Shown one piece after another: positions 56,502 to 64,000 of a stretch of DNA of 64,000 nucleotides. Source of the stretch: an uncultured virus (IMG/VR IMGVR_UViG_3300001919_000065) (Duplodnaviria > Heunggongvirae > Uroviricota > Caudoviricetes); IMG/VR virus record IMGVR_UViG_3300001919_000065, one strand, 5' to 3'. A program made the translations under genes and the position numbers. Position 1 is the first letter of the stretch; the number at the start of each line of letters is the position of its first letter. The notes beneath the pieces were generated by a model, which was given only the letters and a program-made list of their open reading frames with translations, was not told the origin of the DNA and made no database searches.

Positions 56502-57716
56502 TTATTTGATTTTGAGCAAAGCCATCGCGCTCGTCACTTCTTTCACTACTCCAAGTTCTTGAAGCTCTTCGAGTAAGGATTCCTTGGCTTCCTTCATCTC
56601 GGCACGTGTGGCTCCTTCAACTTTGTTTTTATCTACCACCATGTCAAGAAGCTCCGACACAGGGAGGCGGGAGATGCTGTCCAGAATTTCCTCTGGGGAA
56701 ATGTACTGCTCGACGTAGGCACGGAAGGCATCGTTGTCCACCTTTACGGTATTACCTCGCCGTGCATACTTCCATCCGGGAACATCAACGCCGCAAGCGA
56801 AGAGGGTCTTGGCATAGTCCTTATGCACCTTGTTGGCCTCCGCGATAATGTTTGCAAAGGAAAGAAGGGAGCCAAGGGTTTCCGGGTTGTCCATCGCCGT
56901 ACCGACATTGTCAATCATTCCCTCGGCTAGGTCCTTGTCCTTCAATACTTTAAGTGAGAAGTTACGGGCCATGCTAGTCACCTTCTTACACCGGGCGAGA
57001 CGGGAACAGTAGGGGCAGACATGCGGAGAGGATGAGTAGGCATAGGGATTCTCCGCATCACGGCAATGGCGGGCAATGACTGCGGACATGTTTCCCCTTG
57101 CGGTAGCTTCATCCATAGAGACGACGGACATATCCGTGGTGAACTTCGGCCCCCTACCGTCGCGGTAGAACGCCGCAATCTTCATGCTTTCGGTCTGGCT
57201 GGGCTGTACCACCGCAAGGATAATACGCTTACATTCAGGACGTTCTGCCATTTCCAGCAAACCATAGTAGATGAACTGGGTATTCTCGGCAGGGTCAGAG
57301 ACAGGGACCATCCCCATTTTGTAGTCGATAATCATGGAAGTATCGCCATGCCGGACAAGAACGTCAGCCGTTCCGGTTTGTGCTTCCTCGTCTGGGTTGA
57401 AGACGATTCCTTCGAACTTGTGTTCCGGGAGTACTTCTACCTTGTCCGTTTGTACCTCGGTTGCGAAGATGGACATGAGCCTATCCACCATGTTGGATGC
57501 CGCAGTGTAGAGGATGTGTTCATGCTTGGTAAGAAGGGATTCTGGGTTCTTGGTTTCAAGGGCCGCGTGAACACGGGTCCCAATGGCCGCCGGGGAGAAG
57601 TCATCCTCTTCTTCCTCTTTAGTCACGGGGCGTGGGACATATCCGGGACAGGTAGCGAGCAATGCCATCTTACTCGGACTGTACTTGCTATGAGTGTTGG
57701 TTTCGTTATTAGCCAT
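56502..57716 (-). CDS. Cas4-like PD-(D/E)xK exonuclease (DUF2800-like)
   Basis: HS.YSPS..CPG, GT.VH, GTAD, IIDYK.G, Q..YY, CPYC....C. Confidence 0.85.
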   Translation of the reverse strand: MANNETNTHSKYSPSKMALLATCPGYVPRPVTKEEEEDDFSPAAIGTRVHAALETKNPESLLTKHEHILYTAASNMVDRLMSIFATEVQTDKVEVLPEHKFEGIVFNPDEEAQTGTADVLVRHGDTSMIIDYKMGMVPVSDPAENTQFIYYGLLEMAERPECKRIILAVVQPSQTESMKIAAFYRDGRGPKFTTDMSVVSMDEATARGNMSAVIARHCRDAENPYAYSSSPHVCPYCSRLARCKKVTSMARNFSLKVLKDKDLAEGMIDNVGTAMDNPETLGSLLSFANIIAEANKVHKDYAKTLFACGVDVPGWKYARRGNTVKVDNDAFRAYVEQYISPEEILDSISRLPVSELLDMVVDKNKVEGATRAEMKEAKESLLEELQELGVVKEVTSAMALLKIK

Positions 57717-59064
57717 TTGATGTTAATGCGTTAAAGCAAATTTCTTTTGTGTTGAGTGATTGTATGATTCGTTCCTCCACCGTACCGGAGGCGGTCACAA
57801 TGTACTGCAAGGTGTGTGACTTTGCACCGAGGCGGGCGATACGTCCTTGAGCTTGCAGGAGTGACGAGAGGGAAAAATCGGGCGAGATAAGCGCGGCGCG
57901 GGGGTGGCCACCCTCGGTATCGTGGAGAGACACACCCGTTCCTCCTGCACTAATCTGCACGAGAGCGAGAGGAACTCCATTCCGTTGGAACTTGTCCACC
58001 TCTTCCTGTCGGTTCTTCCCAGTCACCGCTCCACTAATCTCGGAGTAGGGAACTGTTCTCCCCGATTTATTGTTAATGAGTTCCGAGAGTGTGGAGAGAC
58101 TGTCGAGGAAAGACACGAAGATGGCGACGCTATATCCACTATCCAGAAGTTCGACTGCCTTCTCTGCCATCGTGGGGAGCTTAGCCAATTCAGATTGCTG
58201 GCGAAGCCGAAGGAGTTCAACGATAGCAGGAAGTTCGATTCCCTTCTCGTTAGCCCGTTCGATGGACTGGTCCCACGATTTGTCCAGCTTGTCAAGTGCT
58301 TTCTGCAACTGTTTAATCTCTCTCATACCTTTCATGTCTACGTCCACGGACAGATATTCGATTCTATTCTCCGGGAAGAATGTGTCAAGTCTATCCTTGT
58401 CAATCTCTGTCATAACCCCAGCAGTGAAGAGCTTTTGTTTCAGGCTCTCCATCATGGCGTGGTTACGTGGGTTGAGCTTAAACTCGATACCTCCCCAGAA
58501 GCTGTCGGTGCATCCGTGCATGCGTGCCCAGAGCCAGAACCCGCGTCGAGGGTCTTGAATCCACTTGGCATACGTCGCAGGAACGCTCATATCGAGGGGA
58601 GACATAAAAGGAGTAGCAGAGAGCATAATCGTCGGAAGTCCTTGATGGGCCGCAGTTAATGCCATGATGTTGCTTTGGCTACCATAGGTTTTGGCCTTAT
58701 GGCTTTCATCAAGGACCAGCAAGGAATCGTCGGGAAGGGTCCAAGCCCCGAAGACTATCCGGGACTTGGGAACCTTTGTTGGGCGTTTGTAGTAGGAGGT
58801 ACTTCCCCTGCGCACCTTCTCCCATGAGAGGACATCCACCGCGTCCGCTCCTTGCTGTTCAATCGCTCGCTTCCATTGGGTCACTACGATGGCAGGGCAG
58901 ACGACGAGAAGTCTCTTGCCCATAGCCTTCGCGGTTTCGATAGTAACCAATGTCTTCCCCGTACCCGTGCAGGATTTATTTATCACATAGCCGTGCCGGG
59001 TAATTGCATCCACCATATCGTGGATGCAATCTTCTTGGGGAGGGAATGGAGTAAGCGCACTCAT
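57709..59064 (-). CDS. SF2/SNF2-like helicase
   Basis: TGTGKT, DESH, LSATP, GGTGVSL, QAQGRIAR. Confidence 0.92.
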   Translation of the reverse strand: MSALTPFPPQEDCIHDMVDAITRHGYVINKSCTGTGKTLVTIETAKAMGKRLLVVCPAIVVTQWKRAIEQQGADAVDVLSWEKVRRGSTSYYKRPTKVPKSRIVFGAWTLPDDSLLVLDESHKAKTYGSQSNIMALTAAHQGLPTIMLSATPFMSPLDMSVPATYAKWIQDPRRGFWLWARMHGCTDSFWGGIEFKLNPRNHAMMESLKQKLFTAGVMTEIDKDRLDTFFPENRIEYLSVDVDMKGMREIKQLQKALDKLDKSWDQSIERANEKGIELPAIVELLRLRQQSELAKLPTMAEKAVELLDSGYSVAIFVSFLDSLSTLSELINNKSGRTVPYSEISGAVTGKNRQEEVDKFQRNGVPLALVQISAGGTGVSLHDTEGGHPRAALISPDFSLSSLLQAQGRIARLGAKSHTLQYIVTASGTVEERIIQSLNTKEICFNALTSNG

Positions 59065-60980
59065 TTGCGATACTTGTCCATGATTTCAGGTTCGGCAAGG
59101 AGCGGAAGGGATGAAGCCCACTGCGGAGTTTCTTCCATTATCTGTTCGATGCGCTGGGCGTATTCCTCGGCATGGTCAGCCGGAACCATCACTACGGCTT
59201 CGTCATGCACGAGAAGGATAGGTTGCGCACCCTCTAATTCCTTGCACAGGCGGTTGAACGTGCGGACCATGAGGTCACGTGCGATTGACTGGATGTTATT
59301 GTTGCTAAGGAGGTTAGTATTGACGATGGAGGACTTGTACCCGAAATCGACGCAGGTTGCGAAATAGGGACGACGACCGTCCTTGGGTTGAATGAGTTTC
59401 TTGTAACAGTTACGATAATAGAGCTTCCGGCCAGAGGGAAGGGAGAGCGCGAAGCTATGGGAGGGGGTACGATAGCCGCGAGCCGCTAATGCGTCCAACT
59501 CTCTCCACCATGCCACCACTTCGGGACTACGACTGCGGTACATGTCCACAATCGCTTGGCACTGGTCCCTGTCCATTCCGGGGTTCGAGCGTTGAATAGC
59601 CTTCCATCCAGCACTAAAGCCGCAAGCAAGTACCCCCGCCTTCACATGCTGACGAAGGTCCGCTTGCCCCGGAGTTTCCTTGCAGTACTGTTTGAAGTCC
59701 TTGACATCCGCGGGGATGAGGCCCCAACCTTTCGCGTTAGCGGCATAGATGTCCTTCTCACCAGCACGGAGGGTATCAAGAATTTTCTCCTGCCCGCAGA
59801 GCCAAGCGGTCAGACGTGCTTCAATCCCAGCCCAGTCACATACCACGAGCTTATACCCTTCGGGTGCTTGAATGGCGTTGCGCTGGTTAAAGCCCAGAAC
59901 GTCTTCACGGTTAAGCTGTTGCAGGTTGAGCTTGTCGCCCCCGGCAGTCCAACGACCCGTGCTTGCGCCACAATAGGTCAGGGTGTAGGGGAGACGTTCT
60001 ATCCCTTCATGGTCAGTATAGACGCGGGAAAGCATGCGCTCGGTAATGCTAATCATGCGGTTCACGCTCCTGTACTTCCCGATAAGAGTTACCCACGGAA
60101 CGAGGTGGCCATACTCTTCCAACCAGTCAGTAAATAGTTCGCTGGTCTTACTGGTAGTCTCTGGGGCGGGGATGTTCAGCTCTTCGCACGCTTTGCGTAA
60201 CTGGGGAATGGAGAGTTTCTTTTCAAGCGGGATAGCTTCCTTGTATTCCTCCTGCGCCTGATGGAGTTTCTCCAGTCCGTCAAGAAGATACTGGCGGGAA
60301 GTAGGAACTCCGCGCCATCCCATGATGCAGGTATTGAGCCAGCATTCCCGTTCATCTTCCGGCCAGAAGTTCTTCATCTTATCCCACAAGGCGAGACAGT
60401 AGTAACTATCGCCCGCCACGTATTCCTTCATGTCGTCGGGGATGGCCTCCATCTTGCGGAAGTCAACGCCTTCGGCCTTGGCTCGGACTTCCTTGCTAAT
60501 CTCTACACCCCAAAGCTTTGCGACAATCTTGTCAAGAGAGCCATAGATGGCGAGATAGTTGGAAGCGGCACGGGAACAGAGCCACTCCTTGAAGGGCGGC
60601 TGGAAGCTTGGTGTGCACGGGATGCCCTTGGCCCCCGGCGCGTGAAGTGCGAAGAGGTAAACGGCATAGTCGAAGCTGGCGTTAAACGCGACGAGGGTTT
60701 TGTCCTTCGTAGTTTTCTCCCAGTCAAAATCCTTCGGATGTCCTACCCAGCAATACTTCCCGTCATAGACGGACATGATGTATGCGTCGAACCGTGGGTC
60801 CAGACAGTAGGAATGCGGGTCCATGAACTTGAGGGAATATTTCCCTTCATAATACGTTTCAAAGTCAACGGCAAGAGTATCGCCTGTGAGTTTGGTCTGG
60901 TCGTCTGTAATCTCCATTTCATACCCCGGAATGCGAGGCAATGAAAATGATATAGGGGGGTGGTCTATTTCTTCGTGCAT
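59061..60980 (-). CDS. polA: DNA polymerase family A with 3'-5' exonuclease
   Basis: VDFET, FNASFD, motif A DWAGIEAR, motif B RQHVKAGVL, motif C VHDE; start 60980 (TAATG overlap). Confidence 0.95.
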   Translation of the reverse strand: MHEEIDHPPISFSLPRIPGYEMEITDDQTKLTGDTLAVDFETYYEGKYSLKFMDPHSYCLDPRFDAYIMSVYDGKYCWVGHPKDFDWEKTTKDKTLVAFNASFDYAVYLFALHAPGAKGIPCTPSFQPPFKEWLCSRAASNYLAIYGSLDKIVAKLWGVEISKEVRAKAEGVDFRKMEAIPDDMKEYVAGDSYYCLALWDKMKNFWPEDERECWLNTCIMGWRGVPTSRQYLLDGLEKLHQAQEEYKEAIPLEKKLSIPQLRKACEELNIPAPETTSKTSELFTDWLEEYGHLVPWVTLIGKYRSVNRMISITERMLSRVYTDHEGIERLPYTLTYCGASTGRWTAGGDKLNLQQLNREDVLGFNQRNAIQAPEGYKLVVCDWAGIEARLTAWLCGQEKILDTLRAGEKDIYAANAKGWGLIPADVKDFKQYCKETPGQADLRQHVKAGVLACGFSAGWKAIQRSNPGMDRDQCQAIVDMYRSRSPEVVAWWRELDALAARGYRTPSHSFALSLPSGRKLYYRNCYKKLIQPKDGRRPYFATCVDFGYKSSIVNTNLLSNNNIQSIARDLMVRTFNRLCKELEGAQPILLVHDEAVVMVPADHAEEYAQRIEQIMEETPQWASSLPLLAEPEIMDKYRK

Positions 60981-61363
60981 TAGTGTTTGGGTGTATTTAG
61001 TTGTTCCTTCGCTTGCGCGTAGTATTCTTGTGGGGTGCTCATAGGAATTCCGGCGGTTCTGTCCTTCTTGTACATCTTCACGGCACGGTTCATGCGGTTC
61101 ACGACTTCCCGGCATTTTTCGTTTGCGAGGAATATCCCATCCTCAAAGGAGAAACCTTCATCGCGCCCCGTAGCGGCTACTAGGCGCAATGCGAGAATGG
61201 CGATGTCGGTTGCCTCCTTTACGCGGTCCTCCGCGTCAGCTTCCCGGTATTCTTCAATCTCCCACAGAAGATGGCGCAGGAGGTCAGCGGCTGATTCCTC
61301 TAATCCCATATAGGAGAAGTGGGAATCAACAGTTTGGGCGGCGATTGCAATTTCGTTGTACAT
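60980..61363 (-). CDS. MazG/DUF550-like NTP pyrophosphohydrolase
   Basis: LRHL..EIEE...KEATD..IL. Confidence 0.6.
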   Translation of the reverse strand: MYNEIAIAAQTVDSHFSYMGLEESAADLLRHLLWEIEEYREADAEDRVKEATDIAILALRLVAATGRDEGFSFEDGIFLANEKCREVVNRMNRAVKMYKKDRTAGIPMSTPQEYYAQAKEQLNTPKH

Positions 61364-61366
61364 AGT

Positions 61367-61627
61367 TTAGCGTGATATAATTATGAAGAAGAGAGTGACC
61401 AATGTTGCGGAGAGGCCGAAGATATTGATGTTCATGTCCCGGTTACTCCGTTTCAATAGATGCGTGATGGTGATGTAGATGAAGGACCACACCCACAGAA
61501 CGATGAGGACGAGAATGAGCGAGAAGATGAGGGAGGCCAGTAGGGGCATACCATTGACCAGAAAGCCCACGGATAGGGAGAGGTAATAGATGCCCATGTA
61601 GGGGGAGAGTTCAACTAATTCTTTCAT
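61367..61627 (-). CDS. membrane protein
   Basis: Three hydrophobic segments. Confidence 0.65.
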   Translation of the reverse strand: MKELVELSPYMGIYYLSLSVGFLVNGMPLLASLIFSLILVLIVLWVWSFIYITITHLLKRSNRDMNINIFGLSATLVTLFFIIISR

Positions 61628-61635
61628 GATGTCAT

Positions 61636-61959
61636 CTATATGTTAATACCCATCCAGTGGCAGAAGAGGGCGGGGACAATAAAGAAGGCAGTACCGAAAA
61701 TGACCAGTCCGTAGAACATGTGCTCCTTCTTCGGAATGGATATCATGGCCGCGGCAAAGAGAAACTGAATCAGGCTCATGCCGACAACGGTCAAGAAGCA
61801 CAGCATCCAAGAAGACTGGGGCAGGTGTGATTTAAGGTACGAGACAAAGAGTAAAGGACAGAAGAAGGCATACGGAAGCATCCGTACCATGTCCATGAAG
61901 TTATCCTTGAACCTGCGAGAGTATGTTGTATCTTCCAATGTCATAAGTCTTTTGGGCAT
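61636..61959 (-). CDS. membrane protein
   Basis: Three hydrophobic segments. Confidence 0.65.
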   Translation of the reverse strand: MPKRLMTLEDTTYSRRFKDNFMDMVRMLPYAFFCPLLFVSYLKSHLPQSSWMLCFLTVVGMSLIQFLFAAAMISIPKKEHMFYGLVIFGTAFFIVPALFCHWMGINI

Positions 61960-61971
61960 AAGAGGTTAGAT

Positions 61972-62361
61972 TTAGTATTCACCTTCTTCTTCCTGCAAGT
62001 CGATAATCCAGTCGAGGCTATCAATGCACTTGTTCAGCTGGTCACGCTTCTGGCTAAGTTCATACCGTTCGCGGAGGTTCTGGTTCTGCGCCTTCAAGTT
62101 GGCGAGACGTTCATTGGACGGGCGGCCCAGCTTCTTGCCATTCTTGCTATAGCCGGGGCGAGGGGAATCCGCAACCGTGGTAACGTGCGTATTCTTCATC
62201 AAGTTGCCAAGACCATCAAGGAGATTGATTAGCTTGACAATGCGGTTGTGATTATTGCGAAGGGACTTCAATTCCGCTTCGGCTTTTTCCACCTGTGAGC
62301 GAAGCTCGGATTCAAGAGCTTTCAACTCGGTAATCATGTTGTCGTCGGTTGTCGTAGTCAT
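61972..62361 (-). CDS. coiled-coil protein with AT-hook-like KKLGRP
   Basis: Start re-called to ATG 62361, downstream of promoter TTGACA-N16-TACATT at 62438-62465. Confidence 0.65.
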   Translation of the reverse strand: MTTTTDDNMITELKALESELRSQVEKAEAELKSLRNNHNRIVKLINLLDGLGNLMKNTHVTTVADSPRPGYSKNGKKLGRPSNERLANLKAQNQNLRERYELSQKRDQLNKCIDSLDWIIDLQEEEGEY

Positions 62362-62472
62362 GCTTGTTTGCTTAGTTGTATTCGAGGGGATTAGCGGAAC
62401 GGGATTGGCCCCGCCCCGGAATCCCGGTGACGAGGCCAATGTATCAAAGATTAGATTTTTGTCAAGAAGTTT

Positions 62473-64000
62473 TTAGAAGAAATTTTTCTCGTCTTCCGCA
62501 AGTACCTTAATATGTTCATATTGTGAAAATACTCGCGCCTTCGTTTCTGCGCTTGCTTCCTTCAACCAAAGGTCAAGCGGCATGAAGAAGAAGCATTTCG
62601 ATTGCCCGGCGGCATCCCTCCGTGTAACGTTATGTTTCTTCATAGAATCTGCACCATAGACGGCAATGAGGTCTCGTTTGAAGTTGGGCGCGTCCCATCG
62701 TTCAACCTTAGTTCCGTCACCATGATTACCACGAACATATTTGAGGATGTTCTCCATAGAGGTAAAGCCGCCCGGTATCTGTTTGGAGAGTCTCTCACCC
62801 TTCTTATCTGTGTCCTTGAGGGCCACAGGGACGAGGTACTTCGTCAGGTCAGTATCATTGCCTCGGCAACTGGCATACTGTTCCGCGAGAGCCGCTCCAA
62901 CTTTTTCCAGATTAGCCCATTTGTATTCGCCATCTTCGTGGGCATCTACCATGTATTTAATCTGTGCCCAGAGTTGCTGGTTGTCCTGTTCGAAAAGCTT
63001 CTCCACCGCCCAGCTGTTGGGACTAAACCCCGGAGGAAGTCCATCCTTCGGTACGGTACGTTCTCCCAAGATGAGGGGGTAATAGCGTCGGGAACCCGTG
63101 GTATCTCTCAATACCTGTTCTTGGTTCGTACTCCCAATGATACTTGCGCAGTACTCGAAGGTCCCGGTGGTGCGGCTAAACGCAACACGGCAACTGTCAG
63201 CCTCCCCGGTAATGATTCGCTTCAACTTACTCTCCTTCACCTTGTTAGAGACTTCTTCGTCAATCTCGTCCAAGATGATAGCAGAGTGCCGGGCCATCTG
63301 AACAACACTGTCCGCATTGTTGAGACCTTCGATGGAGCTAGCGACATCTCCCCGGATTCCACGGAACAACCAGTCCGTGGCTTTCGTTTTACCCAGCCCC
63401 TGCGAACCCATGAGCATGGGGATGTAGTTCTGGGGGAAGGAGGATGAGGTACTGGTATTGGTAATAACGCTTAAACGCCGGGTCACGCGCTTCCACAAAG
63501 TGATGAGCCATGTTGTAAGCACCATGTCCCGGTACTTATCCGGGGTCCAGCCTTCGGGCATGTCTACATCCTGATTCATGGGGAGGAAGTCCAAGAAGAT
63601 ACGTAGGCGGTCCTGCCCATCCCAAGGACGGGAACTGACGAACGTAGCCAGCGGGTGGTAGTAGTTGGTCTGGCTAATGCTCGCCAGCGCGTCCTGCAAC
63701 CGCTGGGTGGGAATGGCCTGACCGGGAACTACCAACTGCCAGAAGCTTGAAATCTTGCTCAAGATGGAGTTACTGACCTCGTACCACCTACTATTCTTAA
63801 AGTCCAAGAGCAGGAGGTCATTTGTATTCATGCGACGAAAAACCCGGAGGTTTAGGCCATGATGGAGCAGGTACTTGATGTTCTCGTCCGTCAGGATGGG
63901 TATGCTCTTGCCCGCCTTGTTCTTTCGGACATAGGGGAACTTGAGGGAGCAGAGCTTCAATCGGCTGACCTCCGGGATGGCCGCGTTCATGTTGCTTGGC
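62473..64000 (-). CDS. VirE/VapE-family P-loop ATPase (primase-helicase), 5'-truncated
   Basis: WDGQDRL, GSQGLGKT, ILDEID, GSTN..LRD.TGSRRY; frame open to window edge. Confidence 0.88.
   Translation of the reverse strand, partial: PSNMNAAIPEVSRLKLCSLKFPYVRKNKAGKSIPILTDENIKYLLHHGLNLRVFRRMNTNDLLLLDFKNSRWYEVSNSILSKISSFWQLVVPGQAIPTQRLQDALASISQTNYYHPLATFVSSRPWDGQDRLRIFLDFLPMNQDVDMPEGWTPDKYRDMVLTTWLITLWKRVTRRLSVITNTSTSSSFPQNYIPMLMGSQGLGKTKATDWLFRGIRGDVASSIEGLNNADSVVQMARHSAIILDEIDEEVSNKVKESKLKRIITGEADSCRVAFSRTTGTFEYCASIIGSTNQEQVLRDTTGSRRYYPLILGERTVPKDGLPPGFSPNSWAVEKLFEQDNQQLWAQIKYMVDAHEDGEYKWANLEKVGAALAEQYASCRGNDTDLTKYLVPVALKDTDKKGERLSKQIPGGFTSMENILKYVRGNHGDGTKVERWDAPNFKRDLIAVYGADSMKKHNVTRRDAAGQSKCFFFMPLDLWLKEASAETKARVFSQYEHIKVLAEDEKNFF

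Noticed and set aside
56502..57716. Cas4-like gene as evidence of CRISPR-Cas
   Set aside because: It is a stand-alone DUF2800-type nuclease in a standard PolA-helicase-SSB replication module.
1..64000. tRNA genes, integrase/att site, terminal repeats
   Set aside because: None recognised. The genome continues beyond the window, so absence from the full genome is not established.

Overview
This 64-kb window is most of a tailed dsDNA bacteriophage genome. It is probably podovirus-like: it has a portal, scaffold, major capsid protein and a 3235-aa virion/ejection protein, and no obvious tape-measure gene. The left arm (1-12.4 kb, + strand) holds small early hypothetical genes in repeated intergenic units, then an NAD-dependent DNA ligase, ThyX and a DUF3310 protein. 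It converges at a bidirectional terminator on the right arm (- strand). In transcription order the right arm encodes a VirE/VapE-type primase-helicase (cut by the window edge), family A DNA polymerase, SNF2-like helicase, Cas4-like nuclease, probable SSB, RuvC-like resolvase, TerL/TerS, head genes, a tail fibre, an accessory block, lysis genes and tail/internal proteins. From memory, the tail-fibre C-terminus, its chaperone and one small membrane protein resemble Akkermansia prophage proteins, so the host is tentatively Akkermansia/Verrucomicrobiota (unverified). No integrase, tRNA, CRISPR array or reverse transcriptase was seen. The most notable observations are: (1) a perfect bacterial parS palindrome fused to a 28-bp inverted repeat, with no parAB in the window; (2) about 18 sigma70-type promoters, mostly with 16-bp spacers, many leaderless, several embedded in hairpins that would hide start codons on read-through RNA; (3) seven tandem, mosaic ~80-aa paralogs; (4) a cassette-like early region with two conserved post-stop motifs; (5) a candidate ~85-nt sRNA complementary to one of those motifs; (6) Tad2-like, Lar-like and NeuA-like accessory genes; (7) a dispersed 9-mer repeat and apparent GATC avoidance. 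All product calls come from motif recognition, not database searches.
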